A DNA stretch of 64,000 bases. It comes from a virus. The position numbers were made by a program, and so were the translations under genes. Where the stretch lies: positions 32,001 through 96,000 of IMG/VR virus record IMGVR_UViG_3300021440_000015. One strand, given 5' to 3'. Positions 20,188 through 30,696 of this stretch are shown one piece after another (positions within the stretch are counted from its first letter, which is position 1; each line of letters starts with the position of its first letter). The notes beneath the pieces were generated by a model that made no database searches, was not told the DNA's origin, and saw only the letters and a program-made list of their open reading frames with translations.

Positions 20188-21660
20188 ATGGACACACAAA
20201 TCAATGCCGTGGTTTACATCGACGGTTCTGCCAGACCCAATCCAGGTAAAATAGGGTTTGGCACTCACGGCTATCTGTTTAGTTTAGAAGGTAAACCTTC
20301 TGTTAAGTTAGATGGTGGGTATCTTCTCACCAATAAAGGCTATAAGAAACAGCTTAAAGACGGCATCGTCGAAGTATCTCCTACGCAGTTTATAGATTTC
20401 ATTGGTACCTCAGCTGTGGATGGAACCAACAACCGAGCTGAGGTCTTTGCTTTTCTATCCACGCTTAAAGAACTACAACAGCATAAACCCAAGTCTATTC
20501 ATTTTCTCACAGATAGTGAATATGTCAAGAAAGGTTTGACTGAGTGGTGTAAAGGCTGGGAAAGAAATAATTGGATCAAGCAAGATGGTCTGCCTGTGGT
20601 TAATGCAGATATCTGGATGGAAGTCTATGCTTACTATAAGCAACTTCTCTCTGTAGGACAAGAGATCACGATTGAGTGGGTCAGAGGTCATAACAACGAC
20701 ATGGGCAATACCAGAGCAGATGCTTTGGCTGTGATCGGTATGAACTACTCCACAGACAATCTCTGTAAGGATCATTATACCTACAGCGACCCTAAGGGTT
20801 ATTGGAAATCATCAGTAGACCGCCATCCCTTCCTGAACTTTAAAAGAGTTTATTTCAATACCACCCAAGAGTATAACATAGCTGGCAGCTATTTCCAAGC
20901 GGAACCAGGTAAAGGCGTGGGTGATTTCATCATCGGTAAGCGTATACCTGAAACTGGTTTTGCTGTGGTGAGACTCTATGAGCCTGAAAAAGTCATTGAG
21001 GATGTCAAAGCCAAACAAATTGATCATGCTAATAATCACAACTCTATAGTGATGATGAAGCTAGATCGGGTATACAGCAAAGAAGTCTATCCTTATCTAG
21101 AGAAACATGGTAAGTATTGTTTACTTGGTGACAAGAAGTCTAAAGGGTTGAACTTCCTAGATAATCAATCGGTTACCGTAGAGCTGAATCCAACTAACCT
21201 GTCCATGAGAGCAATCGAGACTTTCAACTTCCTTGAGGATATGTTGATTAAGTTTCAAACTTACTCTAAAACAGGCTGTGATCTGCCTGATAACCACAAC
21301 GGTTTTCAGATCCATGATGTTACAAGTACATTCTATGACCTGGAATCTAAACTTGTAAAAAAGGAGTCCGTCACTCAACATGTTCTTAAACCTGAATATA
21401 CTTCAGCTCTGAAAAACATTAAGCTGTCTATCTCTGTCACCTACAAGGAAAGAACTGACAAGATAGACCTACCTGTGTTATTCGGTCTGGACATTCCACC
21501 CCGGAATAACCTTAAAAAGCTAGAGGATCATTCTCCTAAGATTTTTTTAATCTCTTGGAGAGACTCAGAAAGAACTCTTCGCTATGCATTTGTAATAGAA
21601 TGTAACTCTGGTATCGGTATATGGTCTAACTATTTTGCCGATAGAATTTTTCTTAACTAA
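20188..21660 (+). CDS. rnhA: RNase HI with long C-terminal extension (phiKZ gp155-like)
   Basis: YIDGSARPNPG, TNNRAE, TDSEYV, WVRGH, GNTRADALA. Confidence 0.88.
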   Translation: MDTQINAVVYIDGSARPNPGKIGFGTHGYLFSLEGKPSVKLDGGYLLTNKGYKKQLKDGIVEVSPTQFIDFIGTSAVDGTNNRAEVFAFLSTLKELQQHKPKSIHFLTDSEYVKKGLTEWCKGWERNNWIKQDGLPVVNADIWMEVYAYYKQLLSVGQEITIEWVRGHNNDMGNTRADALAVIGMNYSTDNLCKDHYTYSDPKGYWKSSVDRHPFLNFKRVYFNTTQEYNIAGSYFQAEPGKGVGDFIIGKRIPETGFAVVRLYEPEKVIEDVKAKQIDHANNHNSIVMMKLDRVYSKEVYPYLEKHGKYCLLGDKKSKGLNFLDNQSVTVELNPTNLSMRAIETFNFLEDMLIKFQTYSKTGCDLPDNHNGFQIHDVTSTFYDLESKLVKKESVTQHVLKPEYTSALKNIKLSISVTYKERTDKIDLPVLFGLDIPPRNNLKKLEDHSPKIFLISWRDSERTLRYAFVIECNSGIGIWSNYFADRIFLN

Positions 21661-21674
21661 CTCGTTCGTTTATC

Positions 21675-22121
21675 ATGTTAACAACTACAATGATGGAGCG
21701 ATTTTCAGACAAAGTACAATCAGCCGTCGGTTTTATACTTCCCGGTATGTTTAAGAGACTGATGTATATCTCCAGTCTTCTTTCTGTGATAGATGTGCAA
21801 CCCACGTCCGATCAGGCTTTGGCTAGAAAACTCAATGACATTTTTCAATTGGGCAAGAATCCTTCCGCAGTAACAGACACTATGTTTGTTAAAGAAGTGT
21901 TGTGGAAAGAATTTGCTCATGAGAAAAGTTTTACCTATCATGGTAAAAGCTTTAATCTAGATCAATTCAAAAGCGGTAACTACACAGCTTCTGATCTAGA
22001 CAGCATGGCTCGACACTTGATTGAAACCACACCGCAGTGGATCAAGTATGCCAATGAAGATGTCATGCGCTATGATATCAAGAAATTGGTACGAAGCCTG
22101 CCTGAACTGAGTGCAGCTTAA
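21675..22121 (+). CDS. hypothetical protein
   Basis: 148-aa ORF between RNase H and a terminator. Confidence 0.65.
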   Translation: MLTTTMMERFSDKVQSAVGFILPGMFKRLMYISSLLSVIDVQPTSDQALARKLNDIFQLGKNPSAVTDTMFVKEVLWKEFAHEKSFTYHGKSFNLDQFKSGNYTASDLDSMARHLIETTPQWIKYANEDVMRYDIKKLVRSLPELSAA

Positions 22122-22134
22122 CAAAAAAAGCATT

Positions 22135-22172
22135 TAAGATGCTACAGGACCATCAGGTCCTGTAGCATCTTA
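22135..22172. terminator. bidirectional terminator
   Basis: TAAGATGCTACAGGACC-atca-GGTCCTGTAGCATCTTA. Confidence 0.8.
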
Positions 22173-22177
22173 TTTCT

Positions 22178-23014
22178 TTACTTTGTTACTTTATCTAAAG
22201 TCTTGACAAGCAAATCTACGGACTGAGAAGCCTGCCTTACTTTATATTCAAAATAAGCACATAGCTCAACATATCTAGCCACAGACATTGCACACTCTGA
22301 CAGTTGTTTAGATGCATAGCCAGAAATAGTTTGTATTTCATTATTACTCACTATTTTGTCTATATAACTCACACATTCATTAACAGATCTTTGAATTTTC
22401 TTAAGATTGTCAACGTGGTTGTCTTTTGTTAACTCAACAACAGCATCCACAACTAAACTAACATCTGAAAATCTGGAAATAACTTTTCTTAGTTCAGCTT
22501 TAGATAAATTATCATCTTCTTTAAAATAAACACCAAGTTCTTTTAGAATTTGCTGTCTCTTTGCATCGGCTCTCGTATAAACTTGAGTATGCACACGAAG
22601 CGACGTTTTATCTTCTTTATTTGTGATAAAAGATGAGAGAACAAGATTATACTCCGCTATAAGTTCAAAGGCTTCTTTAAAGATTACATTTTGAACACGA
22701 TTCAAACTGTTCACATAGTCTAAGAAATTTCCTTGAAATCCTTCTGGTATTTGCACCAGCACAGATTGATATTCTAAAAAATTGTTTTGCGACAAACGCT
22801 TTGACAGAACCTTATATTCTTTAAGGATCTCTAAAGACGGATTGTCGTAACTACTTATATTTAATTTTGAAAGAATATTTGTGAGTTGTTCGCCGAGTTT
22901 TGGAAAAAAATCCTTCATTCTTGAGACTGCATTGTCCACGAAAGAAGATTCGAGAGAGATAACCTGGGCCATTTGTTCCAGGCTCTGTACCGGAGCTTCG
23001 AAATTAAGATTCAT
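22178..23014 (-). CDS. putative virion head protein
   Basis: 278 aa, helical; N-terminal SLE motifs match the phiKZ-type prohead protease site; position next to UvsX. Confidence 0.6.
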   Translation of the reverse strand: MNLNFEAPVQSLEQMAQVISLESSFVDNAVSRMKDFFPKLGEQLTNILSKLNISSYDNPSLEILKEYKVLSKRLSQNNFLEYQSVLVQIPEGFQGNFLDYVNSLNRVQNVIFKEAFELIAEYNLVLSSFITNKEDKTSLRVHTQVYTRADAKRQQILKELGVYFKEDDNLSKAELRKVISRFSDVSLVVDAVVELTKDNHVDNLKKIQRSVNECVSYIDKIVSNNEIQTISGYASKQLSECAMSVARYVELCAYFEYKVRQASQSVDLLVKTLDKVTK

Positions 23015-23119
23015 TGATAACTACCTTGTAAAATGAGCGCTAGAAAGCAAATGAAAAAACTAGCACGAGTTTCCATACTATGTGCAGCGTAAACCCGCTA
23101 CGTCCCTCAAGGAATAATT

Positions 23120-24526
23120 ATGATCAAACAAGGTTTTCAACCAGCTCCCAGTGTCAAGATCATGCTCAACATCGGAGCTTGTCTGGATATACCTACAGGT
23201 TTCTATGTCAAGGGTAAACACGGAGAGAGTATTTTACTAGGTGGTCTAGGTGCTTTGACAGGCATCACAGGACGTGGTAACATGTTCAAATCCACCATCA
23301 TGCATTACATGATGTTGTCAGCAGCAGATCGTCTGATGTCTACAGCTGAAACTTCTATGTCTACTTATGACACAGAAATCAACATCCACGAAGAGCGTCT
23401 TCGTCAATTGACAGACCAGTTCACTTCTTTCACAGGTAAGGATATCATTACTGACGGTACTTGGGTTATCACTGACCGCACTGTTTATCACGGTAATGAT
23501 TGGTATGAGAAACTAAAGTCTTATCTGAAAGAGAATAAGAAACAGGGTGATAGCTCTATCATGTATGAAACTCCATTTATGGAGAGAGACGGTAAGACAT
23601 TGATGAAGACCATCATCCCTACCTTTTCTGAAGTGGATAGTTTTAGTAGGTTTGAGACTGAAGATGTGGCCAGAATGCAGGATGAGAATGCCCTGGGTGA
23701 GTCAGGTGGTAACACCATCCATATGCGTCAAGGTCTGGCTAAAATGAGATTTCTGATGGAAGTACCTGGTCTAGCAGGCACACACAACCATTTCATGTTG
23801 TTATCAGCCCATCTTGGTCAAGACACAGCCATTGCATCTGGTCCATATGCCGCACCACCGCCTAAGAAACTTCAGCATATGAAGATGGGTGAAAAGATCA
23901 AAGGTGTCACAGATCAGTTTTTCTTTTTGACTAACAATTTCTGGATGGCTAACTCAGTTACACCTCTGGTCAACCAAGGTACAAAAGGACCTGAATACCC
24001 TAAATCTAGTGACAATAACGCAGCTGGTGACCTTGATCTTAATTTGGTCAGTTTGAAACAGTTGAGATCCAAGTCAGGCCCGTCAGGAAATACCATTGAA
24101 ATCATCGTTAGTCAGACCGAAGGCGTACTACCTGGGTTGACCGAGTTCAATTACATTAAAGACTCTGGGCGTTTTGGTCTAAACGGATCTTTGCAGAACT
24201 ATGCTTTGGATATTTATCCTGAGTGTAAGTTGTCTAGAACTACGGTTCGTGGTAAGTTGGATAAAGATTTAAAACTCCGACGTGCCATGAACATCACTTC
24301 TGAGCTTTGCCAGATACAAGAATACTTTAAAGCTCAATCTGAATACTTCTGCACACCAGCAGAACTCTATAAAGATTTGAAAGAGCTGGGTTATGATTGG
24401 GATATGATCCTGTCACAAACCCGTGGTTGGTGGACCGTGAATAACGAAACCCACCCACTGAAGTTTTTGAGTACCATGGATTTGCTCAGAATGCGCAAGG
24501 GTGAATATAAACCCTATTGGCTGTAA
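23120..24526 (+). CDS. uvsX: UvsX/RecA-like recombinase (phiKZ gp152-like)
   Basis: P-loop variant GRGNMFKST, YDTE, EVDSFS, RSKSGPSG. Confidence 0.8.
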   Translation: MIKQGFQPAPSVKIMLNIGACLDIPTGFYVKGKHGESILLGGLGALTGITGRGNMFKSTIMHYMMLSAADRLMSTAETSMSTYDTEINIHEERLRQLTDQFTSFTGKDIITDGTWVITDRTVYHGNDWYEKLKSYLKENKKQGDSSIMYETPFMERDGKTLMKTIIPTFSEVDSFSRFETEDVARMQDENALGESGGNTIHMRQGLAKMRFLMEVPGLAGTHNHFMLLSAHLGQDTAIASGPYAAPPPKKLQHMKMGEKIKGVTDQFFFLTNNFWMANSVTPLVNQGTKGPEYPKSSDNNAAGDLDLNLVSLKQLRSKSGPSGNTIEIIVSQTEGVLPGLTEFNYIKDSGRFGLNGSLQNYALDIYPECKLSRTTVRGKLDKDLKLRRAMNITSELCQIQEYFKAQSEYFCTPAELYKDLKELGYDWDMILSQTRGWWTVNNETHPLKFLSTMDLLRMRKGEYKPYWL

Positions 24527-24592
24527 CTTAACAAAAAACATGAATGACCTTGATGGTCATTCATGTCTCATTTACTGAAAAGAACAAACATC

Positions 24593-24922
24593 ATGAGTCA
24601 AGATTATTTTAAACCAAGAGAAGAAAACGAAATAGACCTAGTGGCAGAAGTTCGACAAATATTGCTAACGAACGGTTTAGGACAATCTATAGATGCCTAT
24701 GACAACAATCGATTTATCACAGAAGCTGCAGACAAATGCTCATCTGTTCAGCGCTTTCAGTTAAATCGTTATTTCAGCATGCAGTTGATTATGGCAACAG
24801 CTGATTCCACTGAAGAAAGATTCTGTCTTATTCCTAACGGAGATGTATCAGATTGGCTGTCTTTATTTAAAGCTAAGATATTGCCGTTTCTGATACAACA
24901 TAACCTTCCAAGATCTGTATAA
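24593..24922 (+). CDS. hypothetical protein
   Basis: ORF after hairpin 24539-24565; the earlier ATG lies inside that hairpin. Confidence 0.6.
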   Translation: MSQDYFKPREENEIDLVAEVRQILLTNGLGQSIDAYDNNRFITEAADKCSSVQRFQLNRYFSMQLIMATADSTEERFCLIPNGDVSDWLSLFKAKILPFLIQHNLPRSV

Positions 24923-24931
24923 GGCATAGAA

Positions 24932-25597
24932 ATGGCTAATAGAAAAGAAGCAGAATCGGTTATTATAACCTACATGGAAAAAATAGCTCCTGGTTCAGGT
25001 AATAGCCAAATCTATAAAAATATATTTGCAGCTATGACAGATGTGGACTTTGATAAATTTATCAAAGATCTAGAATCTGGTAAAAATTTCTTAGTCATTC
25101 AATTGCCTAACTTTCGTGAAACCGGAGTTACTATAGAGAATAACTTAGAAATAGCTGACGAACTGGAACATAATTTCTTTCAAAGAGTCTGGATACTCGG
25201 AAAGAAAGACACACCAGATCACATGTCACCAATAGAATCTTTGATATTAGACCTGCCTGTGAGAAGAGCATCTCAACTCCTTATTAAAAAGATATCTGTT
25301 CCTGATGATAGTAAAGTCGTAGACGCCATTACAGGACAACCAACTGGTGAGTCTAAAGGTGCTAAGTTATCTTATCCTGAATTACAGATATGCGCTGCTA
25401 TGGGGTTAGATAACTCAATGGTGGAGTTGATGAAGTATAGAGGTGGTGATAATAAAGGTCTAGTGGCCTTTAACGCTATGCTGAGTAAATACGGTCGTGT
25501 TAATTTAAAAAGCGTTGAGCCGTATTCCTCAGGCGTAGAGTCTACAAAGACCTTAAAAACTTTCTTAACATCCATGATGCTAAAGAGTACGTTGTGA
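24932..25597 (+). CDS. virion RNA polymerase beta C-terminal subunit (phiKZ gp149-like)
   Basis: ITGQPTGESKGAKLSYPELQICAAMG...ELMKYRGGD aligns with the RpoB C-terminal TQQP.GG...GEME region. Confidence 0.8.
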   Translation: MANRKEAESVIITYMEKIAPGSGNSQIYKNIFAAMTDVDFDKFIKDLESGKNFLVIQLPNFRETGVTIENNLEIADELEHNFFQRVWILGKKDTPDHMSPIESLILDLPVRRASQLLIKKISVPDDSKVVDAITGQPTGESKGAKLSYPELQICAAMGLDNSMVELMKYRGGDNKGLVAFNAMLSKYGRVNLKSVEPYSSGVESTKTLKTFLTSMMLKSTL

Positions 25598-26280
25598 CTG
25601 AAAAAATAGCAAGACAAACAATCTTTACTGATTTAGATAGTTTACTAGATACCAGAGCTGGTTGTATATCTACATTTGGTAAAGATAGTCTAGAAACAAA
25701 TATAACACCTAGCTATTTTGACAGGTTGAGCGATAAGTTTCAAATAGAAGGTTATGGCGATAGATACAAGGCAAGAGATAAGTCCGTACTTAGTAACTCT
25801 TCACTGACACCTATCATAACTCTCATAATGGAATTCGTAGCCTCAACCTTACAAAATAATTTAAATTCACCACATGTTTTTAAACCAACAGTCATCATAA
25901 ATACATATCCTTATGTTTTAAACGATGAAGAATCTAATTTAGTTATAAGAATCATCGTAAATAAGACAAAAGAACATGCTGATGTACAGTTAGTGTTTAT
26001 GGATTATGATGAGCTAACGCCTGCATACGTGAGAAACAATGTGTCTCTTATGGTCATGTATGATGGTGTTAATTGGTTGGACACGCAGGCCGATGCTGGC
26101 AGATTTAATAAAAAAGCCTGTCCAGAAGTAGGTTTGATTGTACCGGCTATAGGCACAGGACCGGATCCTAAAATGGATAAAAATCCTTTTGAGATCATGG
26201 AAACTATAACAGCACCTATAATAGGGTTAAAGTTTTTACCTGTTGAGTCTTTCTCTCTTTTACTGAATCCGTTTAAATAA
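25594..26280 (+). CDS. conserved hypothetical protein (HAD-like DxD start)
   Basis: IFTDLDSLLDTR; INTYPY motif; GTGA-coupled to the upstream gene. Confidence 0.65.
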   Translation: MTEKIARQTIFTDLDSLLDTRAGCISTFGKDSLETNITPSYFDRLSDKFQIEGYGDRYKARDKSVLSNSSLTPIITLIMEFVASTLQNNLNSPHVFKPTVIINTYPYVLNDEESNLVIRIIVNKTKEHADVQLVFMDYDELTPAYVRNNVSLMVMYDGVNWLDTQADAGRFNKKACPEVGLIVPAIGTGPDPKMDKNPFEIMETITAPIIGLKFLPVESFSLLLNPFK

Positions 26281-26322
26281 ACAATCCCATACTGCTCTTC
26301 AAAGAGCAGTATGGAGTTGATT

Positions 26323-26715
26323 TTAATTTGGCTTTGTGAAAGTTTCGTAATCTAAGTTACTAGAATCCTGATCGGTTTCACCCAATACTTTATCAGTAAC
26401 CTGATGTTTCTGATCAATGACGGGCGCCTCTCTTTGACTATCTGGTAGTCTAGCTGTGGTTCTGATGAGAATTTCTGAAAGACTTTTAGCAACAGCCTCT
26501 TGAGTCTTTTGACCATTGTCATCTGTTTTGATCTTAGCTTTACCTAAGATAGTAGCATCCATGGTTTCCATGATCTTTAAAAGAAAATACCTGTCTTTAG
26601 GATTTTCAGGCATGGCTCCTTTCTTAGTAAGTTCTCTGATCATGTCTTCTCTTAGAGAAAGACCTAATTCTAACCTACGCTTATCATCAGGATCTAATAC
26701 ATCTTCAGATGCCAT
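26323..26715 (-). CDS. hypothetical protein
   Basis: 130-aa ORF with AAGGGG SD; terminator hairpin at 26288-26315. Confidence 0.65.
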   Translation of the reverse strand: MASEDVLDPDDKRRLELGLSLREDMIRELTKKGAMPENPKDRYFLLKIMETMDATILGKAKIKTDDNGQKTQEAVAKSLSEILIRTTARLPDSQREAPVIDQKHQVTDKVLGETDQDSSNLDYETFTKPN

Positions 26716-26793
26716 GTATGGCCCCTTTCTTTAATTAGTAAAGTAACATATATTTTAGTTGAGTCGACCCACACTAACCATTCTGAGGATTCA

Positions 26794-27291
26794 ATGTTTC
26801 AAAAAATCAAATCATGGTTTCAAAAACCAAGAGAACCGACACAACAAGAAAAAACAACTAAACTTATTCGTAAACTAAAAAACTTGGATTACGGATTTGT
26901 TTATTCATCAGATTTAGCTTTGGTTAGACTTAATCTAGTCAAGAAAAATATTTCTGACTATATCAGTTATCTCAGAAAGATCAACAGGATGCTTTCAGGT
27001 AATGATGAAATCTATCCAAATTCTATTTCGAGTATTCGATATCAGATACAATTACCAGATTGGTTTATTGTAAAAGGTGGTTTTATTAACCCAAATGAAC
27101 AAATGGTTTTATTCTTAGAGGAAATAGAATCGTTCATGGATATTTATAACAAGCTTGATAATAATCATGCTCGTACCTATAATCAAGATCATAATCTGAA
27201 AATCGTGGGTAATATCTGCGGTGATCTTCTACTATTTATGAAAGATATTGAAAATGTCTGGAATCAATCCCTTCAGTCTGGATCTCAATAG
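26794..27291 (+). CDS. hypothetical protein
   Basis: 165-aa ORF, GAGGA SD, preceded by a degenerate promoter motif AGTAACATATATTTTAGTTGAG. Confidence 0.65.
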   Translation: MFQKIKSWFQKPREPTQQEKTTKLIRKLKNLDYGFVYSSDLALVRLNLVKKNISDYISYLRKINRMLSGNDEIYPNSISSIRYQIQLPDWFIVKGGFINPNEQMVLFLEEIESFMDIYNKLDNNHARTYNQDHNLKIVGNICGDLLLFMKDIENVWNQSLQSGSQ

Positions 27292-27991
27292 ACAAATTAA
27301 AACAGGTAGTGTTAACAATATGCTGACACGTCTCTTTATCGAGATGTTGAAAAACATGGGTGTTGACAGTATCATGTACGAGAACAGAATAGACCAGTAT
27401 ATAACGAATGCAGGTCTTCCCAAAAACATGAAGGAACTCAGTTCTGTTCGTGGTAATATCAAAAAAGAACTTGCCAAGTCATCTATGTCTTGGAAAGTGT
27501 TTTTGAAATCTATGGTTTTTCTGGGTGTCAAACAGTTTAATCTGTCTGTTACTTATAAGGACATAAATGATGTAATTAAAAATATCGAACAGCAACATAC
27601 TTTTGATTACAAAACCATTAACATGAAGTTGTTTGGCGGTACTGATAAAGAAAAAGACGATGTTGGAGAAACAAACGTTCTACATAGCCTTTATCAAAAA
27701 ATCCATCAGGACTTTGTTAATTCAGGTGTGACCGAACAGTCTATGGTCGTCAATTATGCTAAGAAAACTATGCTTAATAAAGACGAACGTGACCTGTCGG
27801 CTATAAAAGGCAGCATCAAGAAAGAAATTTCTCGTGGTAATATGACTTGGAGAGTCTTTATCAAAGGACTTTGTTTCTTGGGGATAGAACATTACGTCAT
27901 TGCTTTAGAAGTGATCAGGTTTGATAAAAGGGTGTTCCGAGTAGGTTTCCCTGTATCAATGACTGCCGCTGATATTGAAAATGACTACTGA
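27254..27991 (+). CDS. hypothetical protein with internal domain duplication
   Basis: RGNIKKELAKSSMSWKVFLKSMVFLG versus KGSIKKEISRGNMTWRVFIKGLCFLG. Confidence 0.7.
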   Translation: MSGINPFSLDLNRQIKTGSVNNMLTRLFIEMLKNMGVDSIMYENRIDQYITNAGLPKNMKELSSVRGNIKKELAKSSMSWKVFLKSMVFLGVKQFNLSVTYKDINDVIKNIEQQHTFDYKTINMKLFGGTDKEKDDVGETNVLHSLYQKIHQDFVNSGVTEQSMVVNYAKKTMLNKDERDLSAIKGSIKKEISRGNMTWRVFIKGLCFLGIEHYVIALEVIRFDKRVFRVGFPVSMTAADIENDY

Positions 27992-28000
27992 TGAAAATAT

Positions 28001-28543
28001 ATGTACAAATCAAACATAGTATCGGTACTCAACGCTGTTGACAGCAGTTGTGTCAAGCAACTCATTCTGTCAAAAACTGATAAAGATGCTGGGAATGTGT
28101 TAAATGAATTCTTTGAAATGGCTTTGGGATTCCAACCTTTTTATGCTTTCATGCCCACGCGACTAGCTCATTTCGTAGACAGGATTCATTCTGACTCTGC
28201 ATTGCGTGATTTTGTTTACAACACAGCTGAAAGTATGGTCTTCAAACTGAGATGTTTAAAAACATCTGAAGGTGTTGATGAGTACGCAGAGCTTGTTAAA
28301 ATAATAGCATCCATACCTTCAGTGGCAAGAGATCACAACAATCATCTTTCACCAGAAGCTTTTCTTTCGACCGTGGATATCGCCAGTAGATATCGAGACA
28401 TCACAGGCAGCAGCACATCCTCTTCTGTAAAGCTGCAAGCGTTTCTTTACGCCAATCCCATTATTGTGATGTTCTATGTGTTATCTCAACATGTAAATGA
28501 ACTTCAGACATTTAACGAAATCTACATCAAGGATAGAAAATAA
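28001..28543 (+). CDS. hypothetical protein
   Basis: 180-aa ORF in operon. Confidence 0.65.
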   Translation: MYKSNIVSVLNAVDSSCVKQLILSKTDKDAGNVLNEFFEMALGFQPFYAFMPTRLAHFVDRIHSDSALRDFVYNTAESMVFKLRCLKTSEGVDEYAELVKIIASIPSVARDHNNHLSPEAFLSTVDIASRYRDITGSSTSSSVKLQAFLYANPIIVMFYVLSQHVNELQTFNEIYIKDRK

Positions 28544-28545
28544 TC

Positions 28546-29412
28546 ATGGCACAAAAATCTCTCTATGACGAACTTGTTCGTATTAAAAAAGCTCGGCTGA
28601 AGAACTCCGAATACGACAACAACAAACAATCAAGGTCTGGTTTTAGAGACAATCGTCGCTTTAATAATGAACCAGAATACATGAAACCTTTCAAAGATGT
28701 TATGTCTTTGCTCGGTGATGGTGTGGATCACATCAATGTCTGGACAGGCGCTGAAACAGATTTGGGCATGGTCTTGGATCACGCAGGTCCTTTGCCGCTT
28801 AATCATCACGTCTTTGGTTTCTTTGACAACATGACCAGCTTTTGGTTTTACCTACAGAGTGTGGAGCGTGATGACAGAATCCGCAGAATGACACCACAGG
28901 CTGCTTTTAAGTTCAGTAAAAAACTAACGTTTCAAAAGGTTCTGAATTTCAAAGCTATCATAGCTGATTCTAATTGGCAGCGGATTAAATCTAAACCAAT
29001 ATTGATGAATCTGCTTAAGAAATCGACGTTGCCATTTGACGCATATATGGTCAACCCAGAAACTGGTTTTAGAACAAGACCTGCATTCTTCGGTTGGTTG
29101 GTTTGGTCTTTTGAAGAGATTCGACGAGCCGTTAAAGAAGACCGCGAACCAAACTTCAACGAAATCATGGATCGTAAAGATTCTGATATTTATGATTTTG
29201 CTGTAAGACATCTTCAACATCCTAATAACAGCAGTGGTGAAAACCGTAAAAACACGGTGAGTGAAAATCTACTGAAGGATGAACATAGCAATTTGTATGA
29301 AAAGACTGAAGTCCCACAAAGTTACTCAGACGCAATTGAAGTAATTCCTGATTCAATTCCCGAAGTAGCTTTGGATAATAACCAGGCAACGCCTGTTGTT
29401 GTTCACAACTAA
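28546..29412 (+). CDS. conserved phage hypothetical protein
   Basis: 288 aa; DGVDHINVW...FG.F...FWFYL motif; followed by terminator 29434-29462. Confidence 0.65.
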   Translation: MAQKSLYDELVRIKKARLKNSEYDNNKQSRSGFRDNRRFNNEPEYMKPFKDVMSLLGDGVDHINVWTGAETDLGMVLDHAGPLPLNHHVFGFFDNMTSFWFYLQSVERDDRIRRMTPQAAFKFSKKLTFQKVLNFKAIIADSNWQRIKSKPILMNLLKKSTLPFDAYMVNPETGFRTRPAFFGWLVWSFEEIRRAVKEDREPNFNEIMDRKDSDIYDFAVRHLQHPNNSSGENRKNTVSENLLKDEHSNLYEKTEVPQSYSDAIEVIPDSIPEVALDNNQATPVVVHN

Positions 29413-29502
29413 GTCTTAAATCAGGTAAGAACGACAGGACCCTAGGGTCCTGTTTTTTTTTTCTGTTCGCAATCTTATAGTTGTTAAACAAAGGATTGAG
29501 AA

Positions 29503-30570
29503 ATGGCAATAGCTTCAAAACGTTTTTCCATTATAGGAGAAGAGACTAATTTAAGCATTACAGATATAAACGGTCTAGAAGATACGTTTATACGTAACGA
29601 CCCTGATGCTGATTACAGTGAAATAAGTGATGAGTTAGAAGAGTTTGTCCAGGATATGATGGACGAAGTACCTTTTGACTATGAAGATGCTATCGATGAA
29701 GCCACCAGAGCTACTAAAGATCTGATAGCTGATATGAAAGATGTGAATCTCTTAGATGTCAAAGAGATGGATAAGAGAGTACAGGATCTGTTTCCAGATA
29801 ACCCTGTAGCCAGGTCTGTGTTCACACAGATGTCTGACAAATGTAAGAGAGAGCCTCTTAGCATGCAAGGGTTGGGTAAACCTTATGACCCTAGTGTTTC
29901 TTGCAACGGTAGAAAAACCAATACTAAGAATAACAGCTGTAATGCAGGTAAGTATGGAGATATACTTAACAAGCTAACAGGTGGTGCTTATAATTCTTCT
30001 TATGAAGATTTGAACGCCATGTTGAAGAAAGCCATGGCTTTGGCTTCCTTCGGTTACAAAATGAACATGTGTGGTGTGTTCAATGCTGTTACCAAAGACA
30101 TGACCAACAAGCCTATGCTCTCCAGAGCCTCTGCTGGCCTTCTAGGCATGCTTAGCAAGTCTAGCAATAGCCTAGGTGCCCTAGACGTGATAGCGAGCTC
30201 TACAGGCTTATCTCCTTTAAGAGAATTACCTGGTGCTTTATCCATGACTCTATCCTCTTTCAAAATGCCATCTGGTATGAAGGAGTTTGATATGGCTGAG
30301 ATGTCCGATCGCATGATGGGTGGAGCTGAGTTGCTAGATGGTGAGTTTGACAGAAGTGAAGATATGTTATCAATCTCTGAGTTTGGAGAATACAACGAAG
30401 ATCTTTCAGATGTCATGACTGCCAGAAGAACAGCTATAGCTATCGATGAAGACAGTTTGGATTTTATACCTGATTCAGATCAAGTCTTTTTAAGTTCTGC
30501 TTATGAAGCTGCTGGAACAGATGACTTCTATAGTGATGCGGCTGGATTGGTGAGTGAGGATCTTTGGTGA
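29503..30570 (+). CDS. acidic hypothetical protein, possibly structural
   Basis: 355-aa D/E-rich ORF with AAGGA SD; terminator 30580-30618. Confidence 0.7.
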   Translation: MAIASKRFSIIGEETNLSITDINGLEDTFIRNDPDADYSEISDELEEFVQDMMDEVPFDYEDAIDEATRATKDLIADMKDVNLLDVKEMDKRVQDLFPDNPVARSVFTQMSDKCKREPLSMQGLGKPYDPSVSCNGRKTNTKNNSCNAGKYGDILNKLTGGAYNSSYEDLNAMLKKAMALASFGYKMNMCGVFNAVTKDMTNKPMLSRASAGLLGMLSKSSNSLGALDVIASSTGLSPLRELPGALSMTLSSFKMPSGMKEFDMAEMSDRMMGGAELLDGEFDRSEDMLSISEFGEYNEDLSDVMTARRTAIAIDEDSLDFIPDSDQVFLSSAYEAAGTDDFYSDAAGLVSEDLW

Positions 30571-30608
30571 AGGCTGAATAAAAGTTTACACAGGGGATTT
30601 CCCCTGTG

Positions 30609-30696
30609 TAAACTTTTTTAGTCATATATATTCTATTTGAGCTATTACCAATGTTTAAGTTACACATCTGTAACACTATTGGTCAAGGAGATACTC
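30609..30696 (+). promoter_or_regulatory. repeated putative early promoter plus bulged-hairpin leader, copy 3
   Basis: AGTCATATATATTCTATTTGAGCTAT; hairpin ACCAATGT-ttaa-GTTACA-catc-TGTAAC-AC(t)ATTGGT; AAGGAG. Confidence 0.7.
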
